A stretch of 62,980 bases of DNA, the filler included, from Sphacelaria rigidula (lineage: Eukaryota): the NCBI GenBank assembly GCA_964200075.2. It is 7 parts of 7 records of this genome, joined end to end, with 100 filler letters (N's around TTAATTAATTAA, not from the genome) between each part and the next. Parts side by side here need not be neighbours in the genome. Positions count along the whole stretch, not along the records: positions 1 to 8,913 come from CAXNAA020009769.1; positions 9,014 to 17,925 come from CAXNAA020009770.1; 5 more parts are not named here. One strand, written 5' to 3'. Position 1 is the first letter of the stretch, and every line of letters starts with the position of its first letter. Below the pieces are notes generated by a model. That model ran no database searches, had not been told where the DNA came from, and saw nothing but the letters and a program-made list of their open reading frames with translations. Both the position numbers and the translations under genes were made by a program. This document shows, one piece after another, positions 1-11,848 of this stretch.

Positions 1-19
1 CCCCTCTCCCCCTCCCCCC

Positions 20-328
20 AATCTCACTCACCCATGCGGCAGCGAAATCCCTGGCTGTCTCTGGAACTGACGATACCAGAAAATGGAACAACTCATTAGA
101 GGCTGTCATCCGAATGCGAGATAATCAGAACGCTTCGGGCCGAACAATCTCAGCAGGATGCAGCTCACCCTTCATGCGACTCGCCTGACACATCACGGCG
201 CTTCGCGCTTGGTGATCAATTGCGACCCTGGTCCGGTGAAAACCCAGCGTGCTCCGCCCCAGCTTTATAGGGATGCAAGGTCAATGGTGTTATGATTACA
301 GGATACAAGATCAACAGTGCACCCCCCG
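20..328 (+). mobile_element. SINE-like repeat family A (~305 bp, poly(C) 3' end)
   Basis: Aligns by eye with 12905-13215, 42901-43204(-) and 54410-54716. Ends ...CAGTGCACCCCCC. Confidence 0.8.
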
Positions 329-1238
329 CAAAAATGCTTTTAGCGAAGGCGATGATACAATCTCAACCATGATCTTACACTTGCACCTCGCAGCGACTCC
401 GAGAAAGAGACATCATGATGCCCAAATACCTCACCCAAGGTCCCGACTGCTGACTAGTAGAGCCGATGGCACACTTATCTCAAGGCATAGAATCCGCGCG
501 TGTAACGACTTATAAAACAATACATTCGCATGTCGGGACACCTCAGTCGAGGATACTGCGGCTGCTCACTTTGTGAGATGTCTGTCGACCACTTGACAAG
601 CCACGACAATCACTTGGGCAAGACGCGAGCCCCGTCGCGCTTCCCTCAGAGCTGTCAAAACCCGCCTGAATCGGTCCAAATTCCTAGACCTAGCCGGGCC
701 CGTTGCTGCGATATTTGCTCGTGAAACCTATCCCGCACAGAAGCGTATTACATGGCACAGCAGAAGACAGGGCGGGGCACACACGAGCGCGGGGTACACA
801 CTGCGTGCTTGTCTTGTGTTCTCGCTCTTGGTGAAAAAACACGTCGTGGGCTTTGGGGATGCAGCAGTATGCGTGCGCGACGTTCGCTGCGCTCGAATGT
901 GCGTTGCCTGTGCTGCTCTATGAGCTGTCGACAGTCGCGCAGCAAAGATCATTCGCTTCACCTAGACTCCTGTGGGCGAACTCATGGTCACCTCTCCACT
1001 GCTAGGAGGACCCCCCGATGACACAGACAATAATGAGTGCTGTACCATTTCCACGATAATAATTGCCTGGTGATAACACTACAGTTATGCTTTCACCGTT
1101 GACTGCACAAAAGCAAAAGGTCAGAGGTCTGTAGCTGCTCGGACATTCACCGAATGACGACAATGGAAATATTCCACAAGGCAAAACCGAGGTCACCTGC
1201 AGTTCAGTCAGCAATCTTCGCACGATCAAAACTTGTGT

Positions 1239-1326
1239 CTACGACACCGATCTACAACAATGATCTACGACAATGATCCACGACTACGGCCCACGGGTAT
1301 GATCCATTGCTACGATTTACGACTGC
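1239..1326 (+). repeat. Degenerate 12-bp minisatellite (CTACGACAATGAT-like)
   Basis: About 7 diverged units: ctacgacaccgat, ctacaacaatgat, ctacgacaatgat, ccacgactacggc and so on. Confidence 0.6.
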
Positions 1327-1754
1327 AACTCACATTCTTCGAGCTTTTGGAGATGCAGACATCCACCCACAACTCAAAAACCCGCCCACACCACAACCGA
1401 AAACTTGTCTAGCGCACGACCGTGATTACTACCCTTGAACTTCTTGAGATCAATGAATCCACCCACGATTCAGAAACTCGCCAAAACCACCAAGCACACC
1501 TTGTCCAAGGCTGCCGCGTCCTCACGCAATCGCTTGAGCAGCAAATTATCCGCTTCGAGCACGTCATGACCCGCCCCGCCCCGCCGCGATACGTCCGTTT
1601 GCTTCCGATCGCGTGCCCCGCCCCGATGCTCCGACACCACAGCCTTCCGTCGCGATGAGGCCGCTGGACCTTCGCCGTTTGGTTGTACTCGTGCGTGGGT
1701 ACCTCCTTCATGGCTGCCGGGATCAATCATGTTCGGGAGACATTTAGGACGGGG

Positions 1755-2075
1755 TAAAATGTTGGTCATGTTCCGTACACTTTTGCGGGACAGATGACGA
1801 TGTTTCGGGCTACAGTACGTCTAGTACATTTCGAATGCGAGAAAAATTGTTCATGTTCTATTTACTCTTGCGGGATAAATAGTCATGTTACGGACTACGT
1901 CTAGTGGATTCGGAACAGGAGAGGAATTTCCAAATTTTCCGTTCAATCCTGCAGGGAAATATGATGATGTATTGGACTACGTTTGGTACACTCAGAATTG
2001 GGGTAAAGTTGGTCATTCTGCATTCATGCCTACGGGAAAGGTGGTCATGTTGCAGCCTACGCAATTCACCTTCAA
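1755..2075 (+). repeat. Degenerate tandem repeats upstream of the Helitron genes
   Basis: Recurring blocks ggtcatgttc...tgcggga...tcatgtt..ggactacgtctagt. Confidence 0.5.
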
Positions 2076-3121
2076 TTTTCGTGCAATGCAAACGTAATTG
2101 TATGCTTCTGGACCTACTACGAAACACCGAGGCGTTTGCGACATGGCAGGTGGGGAATTGTCGCCGAATAATTACAGAAAAAACATAGTCGATACCTGTC
2201 ATGTGCTATACATGTGGCTGAGAATTCCCCCTACCCCCACGCTGTTTGGAGGCTTCGTGTGCGCCTCAGATTCTTCCCCTCTTGCTTTTCAGCATGGACG
2301 TACATTTCAAAGTTCTAGATACATAGACGGGAGGAGCCCGTTGGATATTTCATTACAGTACCCGGATGAGAGACTGTAAGCCCCACCACTCCCTCATGAC
2401 ACACAAGAAATAAAACAATTAAAAAACGCCTTGGTGGAAATGCCTGATTACGACCAAGTGAGGGCAAATTTTTCAGACCCATGACTTAATCTTGAAGCGA
2501 TCACGTACGGTGCAATAGGTGGCCTATACTACGTGTGGTTGCGCCGAGCCTTAACCCATACTTGTTGTCGACACATTACTACACCATTGGAGGTAACTAA
2601 TATCACGATTATTCTTATCTTTAGTTCTAGGTCGCTCACAGCGCAGCGGGGAAACTCGCCCCCCTCTCAGATCAGTATGTTAAGCGTTACCCCTCTCAGC
2701 CCGCGCGCTCCACCACCGCCCGACTCCTCCTTGCACGAGGTCAGCGAAAAAAGTCTTTCCAACACATACCCGTTGCCGCCGTACCGAGTTTTTGCGTTGG
2801 AGTCAGGCTACCAGCGTGAAGCTACACGAGTTATTCTTGTGTGTGCTGTGAAAAGTGTTCGTCCGTGTGTGGTTTGCCAAGGCAAAAGTCCACACCTGCG
2901 TTCCTGAAAAAGTACGGTTTTCGTCTGAACAGATCACATTATAACTTCGAACTACACCTGCTTACTTGATAAAGTACGTTTTCCGTCTGAACAGCCCACA
3001 ACAGAAACTTCAAACTGTCAAAACTTCAAACTTCTGTAGAGCTTCGATTTTAGTCGCGCGCTTCCTGTTATCCTCCATTTTACCCACCCAAAACACTCAC
3101 AACCAACACCTTTCGAGTACA

Positions 3122-4326
3122 ATGAGCGCGTTGTCGACAAGTTCGCCGTTGAAACGCAAGACAGAGGAGAGATCGCAGCCCACCGGCAAGCCTAAGGCCC
3201 TTTTTGAGATCGGCAACCCCAATTGGCCGTGCTTAGACCTCAAATCCTGCCCCGAAGGCCGCCTCGAGGTCCGCAACCGCAAGTCCGACGACAAGGAATA
3301 CGTCACTTGCGACCACAACGTCTGGAAGGACACGGACACCTGCAAGGTGACTCTGTTCATGCTCAAGCCGAGCAAGGACCACCCTCACTTCTGCCAGCTC
3401 TGTTTGCAAGACGTCGGCGGGTGCCCGTCTATCGGTAACCCCACGGGGGAGACGGATGGCCGTGGGTACACAGGTGAGAGGAAAAATAGTTTTATCGCGT
3501 GTGTGCCTTTTATGATGTTATGTTATTTTGTTGTTGTGCAAACAATGAACTTCTATGCCGACTGAACACTGTGAGATTTCAGTGTGCGGGATGCGCAGGT
3601 AGGTGTTGAAACAAAAAGCTGAAATACCATGGTGTGTTTTCTGTTGTACCTGTGAGAGTGTGTCGGAATGCACAAAATTTTACATCATATGATTCCCCTC
3701 TTGCTGCCCCAAATTACCACAAACAACCGTGCCATGTCTCAGTTTGGGAAAACTACCACGGCGTATTCTCCCATTGCGCCGGATCCAAGATGGCTGACGG
3801 ACGGACCTTCAAGAACGCCACCCCCGCTAGCGGCGACATCGTAGGCGTGAGTGGTCACGGAGTTGTAGCTGTTGATCTACATTTAACTGATTTATTTTCT
3901 ATAAAGATTGTCCAAAAGGCAGGGTGGTGTACAGTTGTAACCTTACTGGAAAATGGTAAATTGTAATCTGAAATTGTTGTTTATGAGCCAAGGTAGCGTA
4001 AAATAAACTATTTTGGAAAACAATAAAAGGAACAACGCGTTCAAAGGCTCACTCTCGGTCGCATAATTTTACGAGCATGGAGGTAAGCATATGTCACGCG
4101 TACATTTTCTATGTATCTACCACGTCAAAATGTACCATCGTTTTCTGGCCCAATTGTGAACACGCAGAAACGCTGCCTTTGTTGGGACGGTAAGAAGGCT
4201 GCCGCCAAGGACATCGACATCGGCTGCACTGGCAAGATCAAGGCCGGGGAGCTCGTGGTAAAGGACTGGGTGGATCCTCCCCTCCACCTTATCTGCTCCA
4301 AGCGCGAGTGGAGGAAGGCGGACTAG
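3122..4326 (+). CDS. Three-exon Cys/His-rich (putative multi-zinc-finger) protein upstream of Helitron Rep
   Basis: Exons 3122-3473, 3743-3846 and 4168-4326 have GT..AG introns with matching phases (1, 0) and strongly GC3-biased codons. Motifs include C-x5-CPEGRLEVRNRKSDDKEYVTC..C, CQLC..HC and CxC..GCTGKIKAGE..HLIC. Confidence 0.6.
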
Positions 4327-4486
4327 GGGACGACACCCGAGAAGGAGGCGTCCCAACCGTCAGCCGCCGTCCCAGACTCCCTGAAGGATTTTCGAGGTAT
4401 GACGTTTTCGCGTGAAGGTAAAAACCTACATTGGGCAAACGCTCACCTAAACCTCTTTCAACGTTTCCGATACACTCTCAACTGAC

Positions 4487-7350
4487 ATGTTTACACATCA
4501 ACGTACTACGCGTGGACCTGCACGTCGTGCTGATAACGCGCGTGATAAAAGAAGAAGGCGTGCTGAGGTCATAGCGCAACGAAGATCAGCGGGTCAAATC
4601 CTAGGCGACTATCGCAGGCAACAAGTTCAACCTCAAAATAACTGCATAGCATCTGATTTTTGCAGCGACCCTGACTCAGGAACCCACGTGATTGTAACAC
4701 AACGACTTGATCTCATCAGCAGTGACTCAGACTCAGAAACTGATATTATAGCGCAACATTTTAACAGAATGAGAAACTGCCCTCCGAGAAGACCTCTAGA
4801 TAGCGATATGAATACAGATGATAACGACAGCAGCGACTCAGAAAACGAAAGGCTTGGCGTGCAAGATTTTAATTCCATACGAAAAGACTATCCGCTCGAA
4901 CTGTATCAATTGCAGTTCCTTTATCTGATGCATGAAAGTAACTACACTTGCCCCCATTGCAGCTCCGCGCTATGGAAAGAGGAAAGGTACAACAGATACA
5001 ATTGCTGCAACAAAGGTAGATCTGCCATTCATCCGGTCAAACCTGTTCCGGAATACTTAAACTCAATATTCCAGAGCGTTTCGTTCCAAAATTTGCAAAG
5101 AAGGTACTACGGGTTGTTCAGTTTTACTGCATCAGGAGCAGGAGGTTTGGAAAAACGGACATGGACAGAACCAGGGCCACCCTCAATGCTGTGCCTCCAT
5201 GGTAAAGCGTACCATGGAATTTTTTATTTACAGGAGAGGTATGAAAAGTACAACGTAGCTAACAGTGCTAGATTTTACATATATGATTCGGAATTTGATG
5301 AAAAGGCTTCATCGCCATGTTTAAATATTCAAATTGCACGTACACTAAGGACACATATACCCACAAAAATTAGATGGGCTCAAGAATACAAATCAGCTGT
5401 CCATGACATACTAAACGCGTCACATGGTCGCCGTGAACAATCAGAATCTTCCTTCATAGAATTTGCGGAAGTAAGTCGTGCAATCGACGGACCGATTGTG
5501 AGGGACAAACTATGTGCACCTGAAATAGCAGCCCTAGTGTACACTTCAGGTAATCAAAACGATGCACCGCGCACAGTGGTGACATATCCCAAAAACAGCC
5601 CAGATAATGAACCACGATTTTTGCCGCTTTGGAGTTCAACTTATGAAACTTTACAATTTCCACTATTATATTTGCATGGAGAAGCAGGTTGGAGTAAAGG
5701 ACATGACAGTGAAGACCCTCCGTGCAAATCAAAGACCATGAACGAGCACAACACTCACCCTGTTACGTTCCCTTTTTACTGCGGGCAAAGAATCCTTTCG
5801 GAACCAATATTCAAACTGAATAGCCGCATAGCACAAGAATGGGTGTGTGATTCCCTAAGCAGAATGGAAGAAGAACGGTTGTCATTCGTAGAAAATGCTA
5901 CTCTTCAACGAAGACTAGCTTCCGACCGATCAATTCAAGACTCTCAACCCGACGAACAACCTGGAAAACTGCTTTCTGCTTGCCACCCGGGGTCACCCGC
6001 GAAGAGAAAGAGTGATACGGAAGACGCTTTAAGCATTGCCAATAGGCGAGGGAGACCGCATTTGTTTATCACAGTCAAATTTCACGCCGATTGGCCAGAA
6101 GCAAAAGAAAATTTGCTGCCGGGACAATGCGCGTATGATTGTCCTGATTTATGTTGTCGGGTGTTCAACATGAAAATGAGGGAAATCATGAGAGTACTCA
6201 AGTCAGGAAACGTTTTTGGCCCATATGATAGTCATCTCTCTGTCACAGAATTTCAGAAACGCGGCTATCCTCATGCTCACTGTTTGATGACGTTTAAAAA
6301 CGCAGGTCCAGACGCTCTCAACGAAATTGACAAGTGGGTTTGGGCTCAGCTGCCTAGCGAACACATCTCTGAAGGAAAACTGAGGGGAAAAGTACTAAAA
6401 TATATGATACACAGACCCTGCGGAACACATAACGTTAACTCTCCATGCATGCAATTAAACAAAGATAAGACACGAAAGTCTTGCAACAAATATTATCCAC
6501 AACCTTTTAGAAGTGTTGCGTCTATCAGTGAGAAAACGGGACGAGCAGAATACAAGAGAACAAATAACGGTGATAACCCAACCATCAGAGTGCGCGTTGA
6601 TGGGAAATGGACAGATGTGAAGATCGGAAATGAATGGGTGGTGCCATGCAATCCCATGTTGCTCATGATGTTTGATTGTCATATATGTGTGGATATCGTT
6701 ACCGCTACAGCCCGTGTCAAGTATCTCATTAAGTATGTCAACAAGGGTGCGGATTTCGCAAAGGCAAGGATTCAACGAATTACGGGTGAAATTGAGCAAT
6801 ACAGGGAAACTAGATATATCTCAGCTGCGGAAGCAACATGGAGATTGTTGGGTTATAACATGGTAGATAGGTATCCTGCAGTCACTAAGATTCACGCGCA
6901 TCTCGAAGGAGAACAGTACATCACGTATCCTGAAGATGCGACCCATGAGCAACGACTGGAATTAGCAGAAAACTTTCAAACACTTTTACTGAAATATTTC
7001 CACAGACCAATTAATGACTGCTTCGCTGACCTGACTGTTTTAGATAACTACGAACAGTACATCGTCACCGCTCCAAAAAAAACAGACGCTCCACTTGAGG
7101 TTGCACCCTTAGATAAATATTTGGACGGTTACAAAAGCGTCGTTTCCAAACGAAAAAAACAAATCACGTGTGTCGTATATCTTTTCAAAATCCAGCAGTA
7201 GGCGACCTCTTCTATTCAAGACTTTTGCTTCACAGTGTACCGGCAAAATCATATGATGATTTGCGTACCGTGTTGACTAATAATAGTGAGCCTGAAATAC
7301 ACGCAACTTTTCACCATGCAGCACGAGCTAGAGGGTTGATTGAAAAATGA
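4487..7350 (+). mobile_element. Helitron Rep (HUH rolling-circle initiator) region, frameshifted near 7150-7200
   Basis: N-terminal CPHC..CCNKG zinc finger, motif 1 FITVKFHADW, motif 2 EFQKRGYPHAH, motif 3 YLIKYVNKG, RYISAAEATWRL. The +1 frame continues FYSRLLLH..SYDDLRT..FHHAARARGL. Confidence 0.95.
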
Positions 7351-8490
7351 CACCATTTTCGGTGGCAAAACAATCTTATTCAGCGGTGACTGGCGCCAGA
7401 CAGGTCCAATAGTCAAAAATGGTTCTGCAACTGACACCATTGACGCAGCCTTCATCTCTAGCACTTTGTGGAAAAATGTACAACGAATGAAACTAACCAA
7501 ATCACAGAGAGATAAAGACGATCCCCAGTATGCTGCATTTGTTCGGGCTATAGGGGGGGGGGGGGGGGGGGGGCACTTTTTTTTTTTNNNNNNNNNNGAT
7601 AAGACATACTCATTTGTTGCTTGCCTTAGTCGTTTGACCATCGACCACGCATCCCTTTCGAGACGGAGCACTATAGGGGAAGGGTCAAAACCAACCAAAA
7701 TAATTAACGGAACTGAATTTATAATCTTAAACAACCATAACGACGACAATCAATCTAACCACTTTCGAGTAAAATACACGACAAATTTTAGCGATCTGAT
7801 CAAATTTGTTTACCCAGATGTTACTGAAGACTCCCGTACATGGGAAATACGAGCAATATTAGCCACCATAAATAATGCCATTGACCGTTCCAATGACGCC
7901 ATCTCCGACCAACGTCCGGGAAATCACTGCTCTTTCTATAGTTCGGATTCTCTCATTTCAGACGAGTCATCATCTCACACAGCATTTTCATCGCCTGAAC
8001 ATCTCAACCAGCTCAACGTGCAAGGTGTTCCACCGCATCAGCTTCAGCTCAAAACCGATGGTCTCGTGATAATCACAAGGAACCTCAACTTTTCAGAAGG
8101 ACTCGTCAACGGCCAAAATGTGTGTTGCGCGCTATTTCACCCAATACGAGGGTAATGCAAGTTGAGCTTCTCACTGATGAAACACCCAGACCAATAGCTT
8201 TGATTCCAATGATCGGTTTCCATGCAAAGGTTGGACAGAATGGAATAAATTTTATGCGTGTCCAGTTTCCCCTTAGAACGGCTTATTCGATGACAATTAA
8301 CAAGAGCCAAGGACAAACTTTGACCAAAATAGGTTTAGACTTGAGGTCGCCTGCTTTCGCCCATGGTCAACTGTACGTCGCATTAAGCCGCGCACAAAAT
8401 CGTCAATCCATCATGTCTCCTACCTACAGACCACATCATCGACGGTAATCCACGCACAGAGAATGTTGTCTATTCGCCATTCATAGATGC
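7340..8490 (+). pseudogene. Helitron PIF1-family helicase, internally deleted, frameshifted and interrupted by an insertion
   Basis: FGGKTILFSGDWRQTGP, RAILATINNAID, PPHQLQLK..RNLN..GLVNG, RVQFPLRTAYSMTINKSQGQTL, HGQLYVALSRA. No Walker A or B motif is present. Confidence 0.92.
7557..7670 (-). mobile_element. 5'-truncated LINE 3' end inserted in the Helitron helicase, 9-bp TSD CTATAGGGG
   Basis: Matches LINE end 26180-26250. TSD copies at 7548-7556 and 7671-7679; removal restores ..RAIGEGSKP. Contains a small N gap. Confidence 0.8.
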
Positions 8491-8539
8491 TGCCACCAAT
8501 GAAGATCATCAACGCTCAACTGACCCGAACATTCCGCAC

Positions 8540-8913
8540 CCAACGTGGATTGTTCAGCATGAAATAAGACATGGTTCGTGCGGGTTCAGGGCGATTGCTA
8601 GGCGTTTTCTTGGAGATCCTGAATTGCATATGAAAGCTCGACATCAAATTCTGAGACACCTAGCAAACAACCGTCACAACAACGATTTCCACATTTACGA
8701 CGGGATCGACAAAGAACATCTCTACAGTATACATTCACAACCAACCACTTACTCCTCATATGATATTATCTTTTAAAAATATCTACGCCAAGCACATATA
8801 TGGGGCAACCGGAAATAACAGCAGCTATTTCCATATATGAGTGCCCCATAAGTGTTCACTTTCATTCTTCAACCCTGCCGCACCCCAACCTAGTGGACCC
8901 AGACGAGCTATAT
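8540..8913 (+). pseudogene. OTU-like cysteine protease domain at the C-terminus of Helitron RepHel (cut off by scaffold end)
   Basis: Manual translation gives WIVQHEIRHGSCGFRAIARRFLGDPELHMKARHQI and, after a frameshift, YMGQPEITAAISIYECPISVH. These resemble OTU motifs GDGxCxFRA and WGGxxEI. Confidence 0.75.
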
Positions 8914-9013
8914 NNNNNNNNNNNNNNNNNNNNNNNNNNNNNNNNNNNNNNNNNNNNTTAATTAATTAANNNNNNNNNNNNNNNNNNNNNNNNNNNNNNN
9001 NNNNNNNNNNNNN
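8914..9013. other. Artificial scaffold linker N44-TTAATTAATTAA-N44 (also 17926-18025, 26938-27037, 35949-36048, 44960-45059, 53971-54070)
   Basis: Six identical 100-bp spacers carrying stops in all six frames, spaced 9011-9012 bp apart. Intervening pieces fall in size from 8913 to 8910 bp. Confidence 0.98.
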
Positions 9014-10254
9014 AAACGTCATTGGGCACCATCGCTGAAAGCGTGGGGAAAGCACTGTTTTAGGCTTGAACCCCATCTCGGAGTTAAACCTCAATTTGCA
9101 CAATTTGTTGTTAAAAGGAGTTGCGTAAATTGCGCGTGGCTTGTGTCGTTGCTGCTCGCATCACGACTGAGTTTGGTATTCAGTTGCGACTTACTCATCG
9201 TTTTGGCGTTTATTATGTGTCAAGCTTGTTGCTCGGTTTTCGTCCAACGCGCTGTGGGGGTGCTGTGACGAAAATACACCTTTACGTCGAGTTGGTGGCG
9301 ATGATTTGGATCATGACTGGGGGTACGGGGAATCTGGAGGATTTTGGGAGGATTTTGGGAGGATTCTGGAAAATGACCGGGGACACGGGCATGATACCCT
9401 GCGTGTCTTCTAGAAGGTTGGTGCCTGGAGGGGCACTCCTGATAATGAGATGTTGTCAAGGCTGACAATTAGTAACTGAGGTCAGTGAGACTGAGGAGTC
9501 CCTCAACAGCAATGATCCACCAGTACTTCTCTCTGGCTGGCGTCACACGTCAGGGAAAACACTGCTTTGGACTTGAGCGTCACATGTATGTTCAATCCCA
9601 TTTCTCAGGATCCATCCCCCATTTATTATATCAGATGAATACCCCACAAGCTTTATGTGACGAATGTATGATACCCCAGACGTATGTCTCAGATGAAAAT
9701 GATATACTAGATGAAGATGATAAATATCCCAGATGGAGGTTACACAATACCCGCTTTCGGTGGCAAAATAGTGCTTTTATCCGAAGGGAAGAGTATACGA
9801 TATACAAGATTCTCCTTCCGGAGGTTCGTACTGGCCTCCTGGGGGTGACGCACGTCGGAAATATATGGTCAAGGGAAGCTGTTGTACCTCAATATACAGT
9901 ATTGTGAAAGTGTTTGTGGTGAACCTTGCATGTGCGATCGGATGTCATTTGGAAAATATAGGAATTCGGACGGAGGCCGACGGCGGAATCGCCGGCGTAG
10001 GACATGTATGTGTGGTATTTCCGAGGGCCAGAGTGCGAAGTAGCTCTCATGCCACAAAAACATGACAGCGGGAGGCACTCCCGAATAACTGGAATGCGTG
10101 GAACATTCTTGGCATGTTCCTTGTACATCACTGTGGCTTCCACGTCACCGGGCCTTTTTCAAAACATGGTGATTGTTTTGCGACCAAACATTCATGTGCT
10201 GCCGCCCTGTGTACCTTATTCAACTCGTCAGTGGCCCGTTGCACAGTCTTGTGC

Positions 10255-10720
10255 TTGCTGCTGACTGAGGTCAAGGCAATGCTCCATCGTTTTCAACTGA
10301 TTTGCTCTCATGTTCTCGTGACATTGGTGGCATAACCGCTGTCTTCGTGCTCCCAAATGAACGAGAACGCGACAAAGAGAACTACGGGGGGGCAAACCCG
10401 CCAAAAGTAATCCTTTTTGAACATTTCTATGATCTTCAACAGGATGTTTTGTGGTTCGGGTTCTTGTCTCAAATTTTCCATGATCGTGAAAATACTTTTG
10501 TGGTTCAGGATCGACACCCCGCAAAACAGGGCCAGTTTGAGCAACTTTCGGCGGCCAGAACACGCGTCACAGATATCAGATGACACCTAAACCTGAACGG
10601 TACAGTACCGCTGAGCCTTCTCAGTGCGCTGCAGAAGAAAGCGCGGGAAAACTTGCCTTGTCGCCGGAGAAAACTTGGCAAAAGTGGTGAGAAATGCGGA
10701 ACGATACATGTACATATAAC
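10255..10720 (+). repeat. Interspersed repeat family B (non-coding, probably a non-autonomous TE)
   Basis: Homologous to ~57775-58185(-), ~58910-59160(-), ~59640-60100(+) and ~60850-61170(+). Shared core gctctcatgttctcgtgacattg...gtggttc.ggatcgacaccccgc. Confidence 0.8.
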
Positions 10721-11490
10721 ATGCGTGACCAACCTTTGGATTTTTTTCAGCTGTTTTCCGCTTCGTGCTTATATATCTGAGCGCCCAGGTCTGGGAAAAT
10801 TGAGTAATCAAATCTGTGGGAAAATTGAGTACTGAAATTGCTTGTTTTCGCGCAAGCTCACCAAATATATCGTCAAAGCAACCACTTGGTCATAGACAAC
10901 CACACTGACTAACAGGCGCCCAGCCCTGAGCATCACCCCAGACAAACCCGCAACACTGAGGGGCTTGAAATAGGTCCACCCCTCCCTTGAGATGAAGTGG
11001 CTCCAAGTCATCGAGGAAAAACTACCCCCTACCCACACAATGAGCTTGATTGATTGATTGGTTGTCGCAGTTCAACCGACCCACCCGGGGTCCAGCCCTG
11101 GTCTCGATCATGATAGACGTACCCAAGAAAAACGAAACTGAAACACACTCTGAAGAAAAGAACGAACACGACAATGGGGTTGATTTTGCGAACTACTTCG
11201 CACGCTTCTTGCGCAGTTGTGGTGCTGGAAAATCCTCCATAGAGAGAGAGGACCTACTCATTGCAAGGAAATCGATCAAAATTGTAACCCTTCGCGTCGA
11301 GTGTGACTACATCACATGCCTCACAGCCTTGTCGTAATATTTTCTGGATTCCGGCGTCCATCATGCATGCGGATGCACCGCACATACTTCATGGAGCGGA
11401 AAAATACACAACACGACCAGTTTTTGTCAGAGTCAGAGTTCACAATTCAGTGCACATTGTACCACACGTTGCAACCGCTCTATATCGCAG

Positions 11491-11848
11491 GCCGCTGCTA
11501 CCAGGAGACATAAATTCAGACTCGACATATCAACCCAGGCAAGATTATACGACGGTCGGCGCCGGCCATACGAAAATGGGTAGAAACAGTTACGACGCAG
11601 ACAATGAACAGAAAAAGCCTCTGCAGAAGCAGCGGAGGCGGCAGCAAGATCTAGGAGAAAAAGCTGACGGTACGGCTGGCGGGAATACTTACCTAGAGGA
11701 TGACGAAGACCCGTGGGCGAGGAAACGCCGCATGGAGATGGTCATCAGACGAAAGGAAGCCAAACTCAGGGCCCAAGGGGTGCCGATTAACGGAGCGGGA
11801 TTGGCACGTTCAAGCTGTAGCGCCACTGCAATGAGTAGGGTCGGGTAA
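11491..11848 (+). CDS. Possible terminal exon of an unknown gene
   Basis: Acceptor tatcgcAG, then an open frame to TAA encoding a charged peptide (..DDEDPWARKRRMEMVIRRKEAKLRAQG..). No family recognised. Confidence 0.3.

Noticed and set aside
249-515. Recurring small ORFs such as LRPSFVGMQDQWCYDHGM (also 13103-13300, 50919-51152)
   Set aside because: They are translations of the SINE-like repeat; stops and frames differ between copies.
3583-3598. 16-nt candidate microexon (AG..GT) in the zinc-finger gene
   Set aside because: Including it shifts the next exon into a frame that soon hits TGA, whereas skipping it keeps the frame.
8958-8969. TTAATTAATTAA recurring every ~9 kb as a biological periodic motif
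   Set aside because: It is a six-frame stop linker embedded in N runs, so an assembly artefact.
10500-10525. tRNA or Pol III B-box in family B (GGTTCAGGATCGACACC)
   Set aside because: No cloverleaf or properly spaced A box could be built.
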